Positions 40,090 to 49,470 of a DNA stretch of 64,000 nucleotides are shown one piece after another. The notes beneath the pieces are model-generated. The model worked only from the letters and a program-made list of their open reading frames with translations. It had not been told where the DNA came from and did no database searches. How positions within the stretch are numbered: the stretch's first letter is position 1; each line of letters begins with the position of its first letter. Source of the DNA: an uncultured Bdellovibrionales bacterium (GTDB lineage: Bacteria > Bdellovibrionota_C > UBA2361 > CAIXSY01); assembly GCA_964510065.1 (NCBI GenBank), contig CAZEAC010000006.1:6748-70747 (forward strand), written 5' to 3'. The translations under genes were made by a program, and so were the position numbers.

Positions 40090-41574
40090 TTATTTGCTTA
40101 GTGACCCAAGGATCCCCCGCATAAGCTGTCGACCTACCTGGCTGCCAATCGATCGGACAACGCTCTTTACAAAAGCCTCGCCTGCGCCCTGGCGCTTCGA
40201 GCTGCCTCCGCCAAAAAGATCGCCCCAACCGCCACCGCTTGGGGCGGTGGTGGTCTCGACCTTGACCTGCTCTACCTTAACCTGTTCAGCCTGCTTTGAC
40301 TGCGCCTTGCCCTTAAGCAGCTCGTAGGCTGATTCTCGATCGACCGAGCGATCATACTTTTCGCGAAGCGGCGCTCCCATAATGAGCGCCTGCCGTGTTT
40401 CCGTACTTATCGGCCCAACCTGACTCTGCGGCGGAATAATTACCGCCTTTTGCACTACTCCGGGGGTGCCTTTTGCATCAAGAAACGATACAAGCGCCTG
40501 TCCGACACCAAGCTCAGTTATTTCGCGCTCGGTATCAAGCTCCGGATTAGCGCGCAGCGTTTCGGCTGCGGTACGTACGGCCTTCTGATCTTTCGGGGTA
40601 AACGCACGGAGCGCGTGCTGCACACGATTACCAAGCTGCCCCAACACCGTCTCCGGTATGTCGAGAGGATTCTGTGTCACGAAATACACCCCTACCCCTT
40701 TGGACCTGATCAGGCGCACAAGCTGTTCGATTTTCTCAAGCAGAACCCTGGGCGCATCATTAAACAGCAAGTGTGCCTCATCGAAGAAAAACACTAATTT
40801 AGGCTTCTCAAGATCACCAACTTCAGGCAGCGCCTCAAAAAGTTCGGAGAGTAGCCAGAGCAAGAATGTCGAGTAAAGCTTCGGCGCAGAGAGCAGCTTA
40901 TCCGCAGCGAGAATATTTACCACGCCGCCTCCTCGCGAGTTTGTCGCAATAAGGTCTTCAATGCCGAGTGCTGGTTCGCCGAAAAAATGGTTGGCTCCCT
41001 GTTCTTCCAGAGTAAGCAGCCCACGCTGGATCGCGCCGATGGACGCCGTCGAGACATTGCCATATTCGGCAAGGAGCTCTTTGGCATTCTCCCCAACTTC
41101 CTGGAGTACCGCGCGCAGATCTTTAAGATCAAGAATAAGTAAGCCTTTATCATCGGCGAATTTAAACACCAGGCTGAGCACTCCCGACTGTACATCATTG
41201 AGCTGCAATAGCTGGCCCAGAAGAAGCGGCCCAAGCTCGGAAACCGTCGTGCGAAGCGGTACCCCCTGCTCGCCAAAGACATCCCACAACGCTACGGGAC
41301 AGGGCGCAAAAATATGATCGCTAATACCGAGCTCTTTAAGTCTCTCGTCAACTTTGAGATTAGAGCCGCCTGCCTTAGCAAGGCCAGTAAGGTCGCCCTT
41401 TACATCAGCCATGAACACCGGCACACCGATCCGACTAAACCCTTCCGCCATTACTTGCAAAGTTACGGTTTTGCCAGTTCCTGTCGCTCCGGCAATCAAA
41501 CCGTGACGGTTCGCCATTTGCGGCAGCAACTCAACGGCGGCCTTCGCTCGGCCAACTATTATTGGGCTTACCAT
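40090..41574 (-). CDS. HerA-like ATPase of the DUF853 (YjgR) family
   Basis: Walker [19 protein letters not shown], a Walker B region [12 protein letters not shown] and a G/S-rich C-terminal tail typical of YjgR-like proteins. The start was chosen at the internal Met. Confidence 0.65.
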   Translation of the reverse strand: MVSPIIVGRAKAAVELLPQMANRHGLIAGATGTGKTVTLQVMAEGFSRIGVPVFMADVKGDLTGLAKAGGSNLKVDERLKELGISDHIFAPCPVALWDVFGEQGVPLRTTVSELGPLLLGQLLQLNDVQSGVLSLVFKFADDKGLLILDLKDLRAVLQEVGENAKELLAEYGNVSTASIGAIQRGLLTLEEQGANHFFGEPALGIEDLIATNSRGGGVVNILAADKLLSAPKLYSTFLLWLLSELFEALPEVGDLEKPKLVFFFDEAHLLFNDAPRVLLEKIEQLVRLIRSKGVGVYFVTQNPLDIPETVLGQLGNRVQHALRAFTPKDQKAVRTAAETLRANPELDTEREITELGVGQALVSFLDAKGTPGVVQKAVIIPPQSQVGPISTETRQALIMGAPLREKYDRSVDRESAYELLKGKAQSKQAEQVKVEQVKVETTTAPSGGGWGDLFGGGSSKRQGAGEAFVKSVVRSIGSQVGRQLMRGILGSLSK

Positions 41575-41635
41575 ACACTGATACCTCCTGTGACACTGCG
41601 TATGCTTGAAGTATAAGCGAATATTGCGTCGTTCT

Positions 41636-43399
41636 TCAAATGGAATCAGTCCCAAGATTGGAGTGCTCTTTTAAGTATACACTCCTTAGAGAATTATCGA
41701 CTTCACCCTTGGCTCGACGGTACTTATACAAGACCACATCACGTTCATTTCGACTCTTGTCTCTATCCAAGATCGATCGAAAATTCACAAGCTCGTGCCA
41801 TTCGGAAAGTGCTAATGGATTTTCGAGTGCCCAACTTCTTTTTGCGAGGAGATACCCACTTTGCACTTCGTTCCATCGATCAGGCTCGACCAAGCGCACC
41901 GGGCGTCTCAGATAATACAGAATCGGGTCGAAGAACTCTTCGTAGCGGTCACGAATCACCACAAGCTCGCCGGTGTCTCCGACAACTCCAAAGATGGCTG
42001 CTGCTATCCCGGCGAAATCTTTATACTGCGCCTTAATGCCGTCGCCAAGCGAGCAGCAGGTAAGGAGCAGTGCCGTAACCGAGTAGTGCACTGCACTCGC
42101 GCGAAACCATTGCATCGAGGGAGTATGCCAAGTCGCGACACACAGCACCGCGCTCGTCGATAACACCAGCAACGGAACAGGAAGCGCCACCTGGAGCCAA
42201 GCTTGCGCCATTTGAACTTCCGGTCGGGAAAATTCAACACCGAAGCCCACAATAAGTAACGCAACGATCACACTACAGGCTATGCCGGCAACTATATAAC
42301 CGACGTTGCGAAGCAGCAGATGTAATCTCTGATACAACGTCGCGGAGAGCAGCGGGACACGCTCAATGATCCACGCCGCCAATGCAAGTGCCATCGGCGG
42401 ATACAGCGGCAATAAGTATGAATGCCGTTTCCCAGCAGCAATTGAGAAACCTACGAACACGACAATAAACCAGGTGTTGCCAATCCGCGCCGCGATTGAT
42501 TTACTTCGTGCGACGACGAGCGAAAGCAAAAAGAGCGCCGACCAAGGCGCGGCCTTGCTGAGCAGCGACGGCAGATAAAACCAGGGCGGCCCACTTGGAA
42601 TATGCTCACCACCGAAGGCTCGTCGAACATTTTCAAAGAATATCTGACGATCGATAAACTCCTGAGCACCACCGAAGGAGAGCAAGATGTACCATGGCAC
42701 TGCGACGAGGAGATAGATTAGCCATCCGATTCGCGGCGCAAAACACAACCTCGCGGCTGTTCGAACTCCCTCTTTCATGGCGATACAAAAGAAGATTATC
42801 GCGCTAGGCAGCACAAATCCGAGTGGCCCCTTGGCCAACGTGGCGACGCCTGCGGCGAAAAAGAAATAGCTAAAATCATACTCGCGGAGATTCATCTCAA
42901 TCATCGTCGAGGCAAAACGACGAAGTATAAAATAGCAGGCTAGCGAAACCCAAAACGTGAAACACATATCGACCATTGCGGTGACCGCCATGTTCGAAAA
43001 GCCATAGGTTGTTACCAGGATAAACGCAGTAAGTTTAATAACAGCGCTTCGCTCGGCATCTTTTGAAAAAAGCGTGTGTGCCAGAAGTAAGGTAATATAC
43101 AGCGTTCCCGCCGCAAAAAGCAGCGAGGTAATCCGCCCAAGAGCGGGAATTACTTCAATGCCGAGCACTTCAGCAAGTGCCGCAGTAATCCAGTGGTAGA
43201 GCGGTGGCTTCGAGGCAACAAGGCCGTTTCGAGTCGGGCTGAGCCAATTACCGGTATCATGAATGACTTGGGCGACATGAAGCTCGCGTGCCTCTGATGA
43301 CCCACTCAGTTCTGAAATTGAAACGAGTGGAAAGGCGGCGACGAAATAGGCCGCTACTAACACGATGCAGAGACGGTGCAGGTGATAATGTTTAGACAA
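41636..43399 (-). CDS. ArnT/PMT-like glycosyltransferase (GT39/GT83 family, polytopic membrane)
   Basis: More than 10 TM helices and an N-terminal [22 protein letters not shown] region matching the lipid-carrier-dependent glycosyltransferase signature. Confidence 0.6.
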   Translation of the reverse strand: MSKHYHLHRLCIVLVAAYFVAAFPLVSISELSGSSEARELHVAQVIHDTGNWLSPTRNGLVASKPPLYHWITAALAEVLGIEVIPALGRITSLLFAAGTLYITLLLAHTLFSKDAERSAVIKLTAFILVTTYGFSNMAVTAMVDMCFTFWVSLACYFILRRFASTMIEMNLREYDFSYFFFAAGVATLAKGPLGFVLPSAIIFFCIAMKEGVRTAARLCFAPRIGWLIYLLVAVPWYILLSFGGAQEFIDRQIFFENVRRAFGGEHIPSGPPWFYLPSLLSKAAPWSALFLLSLVVARSKSIAARIGNTWFIVVFVGFSIAAGKRHSYLLPLYPPMALALAAWIIERVPLLSATLYQRLHLLLRNVGYIVAGIACSVIVALLIVGFGVEFSRPEVQMAQAWLQVALPVPLLVLSTSAVLCVATWHTPSMQWFRASAVHYSVTALLLTCCSLGDGIKAQYKDFAGIAAAIFGVVGDTGELVVIRDRYEEFFDPILYYLRRPVRLVEPDRWNEVQSGYLLAKRSWALENPLALSEWHELVNFRSILDRDKSRNERDVVLYKYRRAKGEVDNSLRSVYLKEHSNLGTDSI

Positions 43400-43617
43400 G
43401 CAAGATCAGCAGATCAGGACCAATTACCGAATATCATAAAAAGAACCATGACCCCGGCACATGAAAAGGCTGCAATCTCAATAACACTCATTTTGTCCTA
43501 ACCTCACAAAGGCGAGCGGTTTATACCTTTCTTGAGAAAGGGAAACAACCCCTCGCGAAATTTCAGGACACTGTAGCAGTGTAAAGCTTAGCACCCGCCG
43601 GTTGCCGCCGGGAGTGG

Positions 43618-44556
43618 TCATTTTTTAGAGCGTGTGCTGCATCTGCCAGGGCTTAGCCTGAGCTTCTCACAAGCACCCGAGAACGTACACGATGCCTTGG
43701 TTTTTCGAGCAGTTACGTTTAGGCTACGGGAAGCACCGAGGCGTACTCCTTTTCGGCGCGAAAGGAGCTTCTTCGGAGCCTTCTTTTCGCCGTCCTCATC
43801 GAAACATGGTTTATTCTTAATATCGAGCACATCGCGAAGTTCGCCATGCAACGCCTCGAGAGCCTTTCGCTTTACACGCGAGATATGGCATCGGCTATAT
43901 CCTAAGTTCGAAGCTATATCCATGAGCTGCTGTTCGAGAACGTATATTCTGTAGATAACCTCTTTCTCAAGAGGATCGAGATTTCCACAGGCCTTCGAAC
44001 TTAGACCGGCGACCTCTTTCTTAAGAAGCGCGTCATCAGGCGAGATATAATCATGGTTGAAAAAGGAGTCGGCAATCTCTATAGCATTTAAGCAGCGCCC
44101 CTTATTGACCGCGCCGTCATTATTACTATCGGATCCTTCAAAATCTGGAAGAGGCAGGTAATTCATCGAAGCTGCTGCGGCAACTGCGCGAATTAGATTC
44201 CCTCTCAGATGGTAGAATAGGAAGGTAATGAAGCTCGCCCCTTTCCGGCGATTGTAGCGCTTCACTGCTTCGCAAAGCGAGAGGTCGACAACGCTGTCCA
44301 CCTCTTGTGCATCAAGCCGTGAATGCCACTTTCGCAAGATGCTGTGTGCGAGGCTTCGCGCCTTTAGCCTATGCGAGAGAATCATCTCCTCCTGTTCGCT
44401 TGGCGAGAGTGTCGCCTTACTGCGCTTGGAAAGATTGATTACTTTTGCTCGATTTCTAGAAGATGAGGCAATCCTTTTGCCACTCTTCAACGAGCGATTT
44501 GCCGGGGTCCGATACGCAACTGCGGGCAGAGCGTTCATTTTTCCTTCTCCTTTCAA
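43618..44556 (-). CDS. Sigma-70 family RNA polymerase sigma factor (regions 2 and 4; basic N- and C-terminal extensions)
   Basis: Region 2-like DSVVDLSLCEAVKRYNRRKGASFITFLFYHLRGNLIRAV and region 4 HTH IASNLGYSRCHISRVKRKALEAL. Confidence 0.6.
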   Translation of the reverse strand: MKGEGKMNALPAVAYRTPANRSLKSGKRIASSSRNRAKVINLSKRSKATLSPSEQEEMILSHRLKARSLAHSILRKWHSRLDAQEVDSVVDLSLCEAVKRYNRRKGASFITFLFYHLRGNLIRAVAAAASMNYLPLPDFEGSDSNNDGAVNKGRCLNAIEIADSFFNHDYISPDDALLKKEVAGLSSKACGNLDPLEKEVIYRIYVLEQQLMDIASNLGYSRCHISRVKRKALEALHGELRDVLDIKNKPCFDEDGEKKAPKKLLSRRKGVRLGASRSLNVTARKTKASCTFSGACEKLRLSPGRCSTRSKK

Positions 44557-44863
44557 CGAGTAGTCCAGCGACGCTTGCCCCCACCAGGTGCTCGCATTGC
44601 TGTACTAAACCCCCTATCCGGGAGAGACTTAGCGCTACTTCACTTTTTTTTAGAAAATGCTGAGAAATCTTCTTAATTGTAAAACGCAGTCTATTTGCCG
44701 AGTCCTTTCAACATGTTAGCAAAATTCAACGAATTTCCGCGTTCTCTTTCTGTAATCTTTCTGTTACTTTCCAGTGCGCACGCTCATCTCAAAAATTAGA
44801 AAAGATTTCAAACTGTTAACCTGGACTTCTCACAGGGTAACGACACTTACGGGGTAAGAAAGC

Positions 44864-45661
44864 GTGGCCAAGGAAGAAAAACCAGAAACTCTCTCGATCG
44901 AAGAGGCCAACCAACTTGTTGAGGAGAATGCTGGCTGGGCGGAAAGTATCGCCAGGTCGGTTGCTCGCGGTTGGAACTTGGACTGGAAGTTGGACGGACT
45001 TGACGGTGCCGCGATGGAGGCGTTGATCTTCTGTTCGCGTCGCTTCCAGCCTTCGCGCGGAGTTCCTTTCAAGGGTTACGCGAGAAAGCGCATTCATGAA
45101 GCTTCTACTGACGCGGCTAAGAAGTCACGTGGCTGGCGTAAGGGGCTTGGCGCAAGCTCCGCAGAACAGCGCACGCGCGAGATATCATCGGAATTGTTCA
45201 ATGTATTTCCGGAACTGCGCGAAGGAAATCTTCCCTATGCGGATGACCCTTCAGGCGATGATACAGCGGATATGCGTGCGTCGGTACGCGGGCTATTGAT
45301 GAGCGCGAGCATAATTGCGGTGCGCCAGGGCATGGATGAGGCGTCGCCCGACGACCTCGTCGACTACAAAAAGATGTTAAGGCTCATTGCTGAACTTGAA
45401 CCGGTACATCAGTCTCTGTTATGGGAAGTGTACTGGGAAGGTAACTCGATGCGAACAGTGGCGACAAATTGGGAAGTTGATGAGCTAAGTGTCATTCGCG
45501 AACATAAATCGCTACTGACTCATATTCAGAAGGGATTTTCAAAGAAGGCAAAACAGGTCAGATTAAAAGTGCGCCCGGCGTTAAAAGATACCGCGCTTAA
45601 ATTGCGAAAGCGTGGTAACGGCGGTCCATTTGAAAGGCTAGTTGCGGGAGAAGCCCAATGA
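44864..45661 (+). CDS. Sigma-70 family RNA polymerase sigma factor (FliA/ECF-like)
   Basis: Region 2-like ESIARSVARGW...DGLDGAAMEALIFCSRRFQPSRGVPFKGYARKRIHEAS and a C-terminal region 4-like segment. Confidence 0.55.
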   Translation: MAKEEKPETLSIEEANQLVEENAGWAESIARSVARGWNLDWKLDGLDGAAMEALIFCSRRFQPSRGVPFKGYARKRIHEASTDAAKKSRGWRKGLGASSAEQRTREISSELFNVFPELREGNLPYADDPSGDDTADMRASVRGLLMSASIIAVRQGMDEASPDDLVDYKKMLRLIAELEPVHQSLLWEVYWEGNSMRTVATNWEVDELSVIREHKSLLTHIQKGFSKKAKQVRLKVRPALKDTALKLRKRGNGGPFERLVAGEAQ

Positions 45662-46008
45662 CCAAGAAGATTGGCGATAAATCAAAAGTTGGCGGCGTTC
45701 AATCAACCAAACGCACGGCACAAGTCGAAGGCACCGACTCGATCTCTAGAGTTGGGCAGGTCAAAGCGGCAACTGGCGTAGCAGGAGTAAAACGTGCCGG
45801 CGCGGTAAATGCTCAGCGTATGACTCGTGCTATGAGCGTTGCTGAACGCGAAGAGATATTTCGTTTAATTAACGAAGAAGCCGAGAAGCTCGCTTCCGAA
45901 GGTGGGCTTAGTCCAACTCGACAGAAAATGGTCGCTGATGCGGTCAAGATGGCGATCGATACTGGGCTTCTTCCTTCCGATGATGACAAGGGAAACAGCA
46001 AAGCGTAG
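45658..46008 (+). CDS. Hypothetical protein, candidate anti-sigma factor (FlgM-like?)
   Basis: Its start overlaps the sigma-factor stop (ATGA). It is small, with a disordered N-terminal half and a helical C-terminal half. Assignment is by context only. Confidence 0.3.
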   Translation: MTKKIGDKSKVGGVQSTKRTAQVEGTDSISRVGQVKAATGVAGVKRAGAVNAQRMTRAMSVAEREEIFRLINEEAEKLASEGGLSPTRQKMVADAVKMAIDTGLLPSDDDKGNSKA

Positions 46009-46128
46009 TCTTGGCGATTGATGCGCGTTCTACTAATCATCCGCAAGAAATAGGTCGTTCACGGTTACAATGACTCCGCAGATTTTCCATTCTTGCGTCT
46101 TGCGACAGACATATTTTTGTTACGGGAC

Positions 46129-46614
46129 CTAAGGAAGAATCTTAACCACGGTCCCGTCGGGCACGAGTCGCCAGATCTCTTCAATTTCGCTGTTGGTAAC
46201 CGCAATGCAACCCAGCGTCCAATCCTTGAGGTGGTGCGCAGTCCCAATCCAGCCGCTTCCATTGGGCAGTCCGTGAATCATAATGTCGCCTCCAGGCGAA
46301 CAACCAAGCTTCGAGGCCGCTTTCCTGTCGTATTCATTAGGATACGAGATGCGTAGGGAGCGGTGGAAGGAGCTATGAAGGTTGCGGCCGCTAATCCTGT
46401 ACTGCCCCTCCGGAGTCTTGTTGTCGCCTTGGCACTGCTTCCGGCCGACGGGAACACCGCCCAGCGCTATCGTGTAGTGTGCTATGTCTGTCGGGCCATG
46501 TTTAAGCGTTAATCGACGCAACGATTTTTCGATTACTACTTGGTCGGCGGTTTCAGCAGCCGTGACTGAAGCAAAGATCTGCAGAATCACAATTATTCTT
46601 AAAATTAGTCGCAT
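46129..46614 (-). CDS. L,D-transpeptidase (YkuD domain), secreted
   Basis: Signal peptide plus HGLPNGSGWIGTAHHLKDWTLGCIAVTN (catalytic His/Cys motif). Confidence 0.7.
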   Translation of the reverse strand: MRLILRIIVILQIFASVTAAETADQVVIEKSLRRLTLKHGPTDIAHYTIALGGVPVGRKQCQGDNKTPEGQYRISGRNLHSSFHRSLRISYPNEYDRKAASKLGCSPGGDIMIHGLPNGSGWIGTAHHLKDWTLGCIAVTNSEIEEIWRLVPDGTVVKILP

Positions 46615-46752
46615 AATAAGAATGCTACATTCACCGCAGTAGCTGTGACAGTGTAAAAAGACTATCATAGTAAAAGATGATAAACGTCCATAGATGGCGC
46701 TGCTGATTTCTACTCTGGACTCTGACGGTGGCCACCAGCAAGGACTTGAGCG

Positions 46753-48165
46753 ATGTTGATGACGCGTGAACGAGACCTTTTTTTGACATTATTTTTCTTT
46801 TTCGCGACTCTGTCGTTCGCGCAGCCTACTTTTCCGATCAAGGTGTCGGCGAATGGGCGTTACCTCGAAGACGCGGCTGGGGTCCCTTTTACTATTCATG
46901 CCGATACGCCGTGGTCCTTAATTGTTCAAATTAGTCGTGACGACGCGATCGCATATCTCGATGATCGGAAACAGAAGGGATTCAATACGCTTATTGTAAA
47001 CCTTATTGAACATGAATATGGAGATCGTGCTCCGAATACAATAAACAATGTCGCTCCTTTTTTGGTCCCTGGTGACCTCTCGACTCCTAATGACGCTTAT
47101 TTTTCTTACGCGAAATCTATTGTTGATCTAGCCGCGCAGCGAGGATTCTTGGTGCTGCTCACTCCGAGCTACTTTGGCTATGGCGGAGGCTCAAGCGGAT
47201 GGTGGAGTGAGATAACAAACAGCGGCCCGGCAAAGTGCTTTGCCTATGGTCAGTACCTTGGCAACTTGTTCAAACAGAACACAAACATCGGCTGGATATT
47301 CGGTGGTGACTACAGCCCGCCGGCAGGTAGCACCGGCGAACTTAATGCGGTCGAAACCGCAAAGGGGCTGAAAGCCGCAGATCGCGCGGATAGACTCTAT
47401 ACCTATCATGGCATTCGCAGAACCAATGCCACCGACCAGATTGCCTTTCGACCCTATATCAATGTCAACGCAGTATATAGTGGGACCGGCATCGAAGTTT
47501 ACCAGCGTTGCCTCAACTCGTGGACAACATCAACGCTGCCGAATTTTATTATCGAAGCATGGTACGAGAATGAGCATGGAATGACTCCCTATCAGTTACG
47601 TCAACAAGCTTACTGGGCATTTACCACCTGCGCGAGCGGACAGGCTTTTGGTAATGCGCCAATTTGGTACTTTTATTCGACCACCGCGCAGGCATTCGCT
47701 GATAATCGATCTATCACTTGGCAACAGTCGCTCAATTCCGCGGGCTCGTTGGACTTTAGTAGACTCGGGACTTTAATTAAGAGGTTTCAAACAGCTAAGC
47801 TTCAGCCAGATACAAATCATCAGATTGTGATCTCGGGCTACGGATCGTTTGGAGCCACCAACTACGCCACGACAGCCATGAGTAATACTGGTGATCTTGC
47901 GATCACCTATCTTCCGGCGATTGCCTCCTTGACTCTTAACCTGGCCTGGTTCAACGCGAGCGTCTACCTTACTTGGTTCGATCCGACTTCAGGTGAGCTC
48001 TCGGCAATACCAGGTTCGCCGTTTGGCAACGCCGGCTCACACGTAGCAGCTCCCGGAGGCACAAATTCAGCGGGGGCTTCAGATTGGGTGCTAATTGCTT
48101 CGACGCAAAATCCTTTGATTTCTTCGGCTCCGGGCGCTCCGCGAAATCTCGGACTTTCCGGCTGA
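46753..48165 (+). CDS. Secreted putative glycoside hydrolase (DUF4038-like TIM-barrel family)
   Basis: Signal peptide, and an N-terminal region (VSANGRYLEDAAGVPFTIHADTPWSL...KQKGFNTLIVNLIEHE) resembling DUF4038/GH5-like hydrolases. The assignment is tentative. Confidence 0.4.
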   Translation: MLMTRERDLFLTLFFFFATLSFAQPTFPIKVSANGRYLEDAAGVPFTIHADTPWSLIVQISRDDAIAYLDDRKQKGFNTLIVNLIEHEYGDRAPNTINNVAPFLVPGDLSTPNDAYFSYAKSIVDLAAQRGFLVLLTPSYFGYGGGSSGWWSEITNSGPAKCFAYGQYLGNLFKQNTNIGWIFGGDYSPPAGSTGELNAVETAKGLKAADRADRLYTYHGIRRTNATDQIAFRPYINVNAVYSGTGIEVYQRCLNSWTTSTLPNFIIEAWYENEHGMTPYQLRQQAYWAFTTCASGQAFGNAPIWYFYSTTAQAFADNRSITWQQSLNSAGSLDFSRLGTLIKRFQTAKLQPDTNHQIVISGYGSFGATNYATTAMSNTGDLAITYLPAIASLTLNLAWFNASVYLTWFDPTSGELSAIPGSPFGNAGSHVAAPGGTNSAGASDWVLIASTQNPLISSAPGAPRNLGLSG

Positions 48166-48305
48166 AACAAGTGCTTTCGAGGCTCTTGGCCAACTTTGCG
48201 CAGTTGAGGTATCCACCAGATGCTCAAAGTGCGCTGCTCGTTATAAGTTAATCACTACTTTAGCAGTACAATGTCACACCATTCGCAACTCGTTCCATAA
48301 TTTGT

Positions 48306-48833
48306 ATGGCATCGAGATACAAATTAAGTGAAGGTGTGGCCATGCAAGATTTAGTAAGGGAACGTACGAAAGTCGGAGCAAATGATAGGAATGGGCCCGG
48401 TGCTCAACGTGATCCTGCCGCTCAGGTCATGGCCCTTATTGAAAACATCAATGAGTCGACTTCAGGACCGGAGCTACATCGCGGGCTGCTTGCTGCCTTT
48501 GGTGATAGAAGTGAACTACGCCTTCGGCGTGGTTCTTCGGGTACCGCCGAACAGATTGCTTTGTCCTGGAAGCAGGTACCACACGTTGGACAGGTAATAA
48601 CGATCTCTTATTATAGTGGCCTCTTCGACCATGATCGTATAGATCTACGCCTTGCGCACAGCCAAAGTGCACACGGTTATTTGCAACCCAAACCAGACGA
48701 ATATTTAGCTACTGTCGCTGCAGTGAAGGAAGTTCTCATTAAAGATTTTGGATATAATAGAGTCAATCATAAATTGTGGGCGGGAGATCGTGAGAAAAAC
48801 GGCCTACAATTAATTCGCCCAATTTCCCTCTAA
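48306..48833 (+). CDS. Hypothetical protein
   Basis: 175-aa ORF. No motif. Confidence 0.35.
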   Translation: MASRYKLSEGVAMQDLVRERTKVGANDRNGPGAQRDPAAQVMALIENINESTSGPELHRGLLAAFGDRSELRLRRGSSGTAEQIALSWKQVPHVGQVITISYYSGLFDHDRIDLRLAHSQSAHGYLQPKPDEYLATVAAVKEVLIKDFGYNRVNHKLWAGDREKNGLQLIRPISL

Positions 48834-49241
48834 AAAAACAATACACGTGGCGGGACATGGCGGCGCTCCTTTCCGGCATGATTGGGATTGCACTCGACGG
48901 AGCATAGACGTCAAATTGAGAGCACTTACGCGAATTGGATTGCATGCTTATAAGAACTATATTCTTGTACGCAGCAGCGTTCTAAGAGCTACTATTTAAG
49001 AACGCTCTTCGCTGTCTCGATCACGTCCTCGGTAAGGCCGACCGATTCCCGCTGACTTTCATCGAATAGGACAAACGATCCGCCGCTCAACGTAACAGGG
49101 ATCGTGATTAGCTACTCAAGCGAGCTGGAGGGCGCGTCGGAGTGCTTTACCACAAGGGACGCAAAGGACACAGCGCGGCCCGGCCGCAACGTAAAGGGGT
49201 TGCGGCCTCTTGAGCCGCGCTTCAGTGTTGTCCCTCCGGGG

Positions 49242-49302
49242 GGTATTACTATCCGCCAGAAAAATCTTCCTAAGATTAGAAGATTCTGGCGGATAGTAAT
49301 AC
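49242..49302. repeat. Strong hairpin (about 24-bp stem tattactatccgccagaa..atcttc / gaagattctggcggatagtaata) in the long intergenic region upstream of the M16 peptidase gene
   Basis: Read directly from the sequence. Confidence 0.75.
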
Positions 49303-49470
49303 GAAGGAAAGACCATATAAATCCGGGCTTTTCCACGTTTACTTTGTGTCCTTGGCGTCCTTAGCGGTAAAACATTCCGACGCACTATTTTTAAGCCGAA
49401 AATTGGACTAAGTCACTGCGCTTCACTACAATCATGGCCCCTTCGTCGAAGCGTCCGAATTAGGCAGTAC

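Noticed and set aside
4559-44835. Shared 12-mer ctggacttctca at 4559 and 44819 as a possible regulatory motif
   Set aside because: Only two occurrences, one of which is part of a local hairpin, and no flanking similarity. This is probably coincidental.
49300-49345. RNase P RNA-like tccgggct motif
   Set aside because: Only an 8-nt match to the P4-region consensus. The flanking universally conserved RNase P segments are absent.
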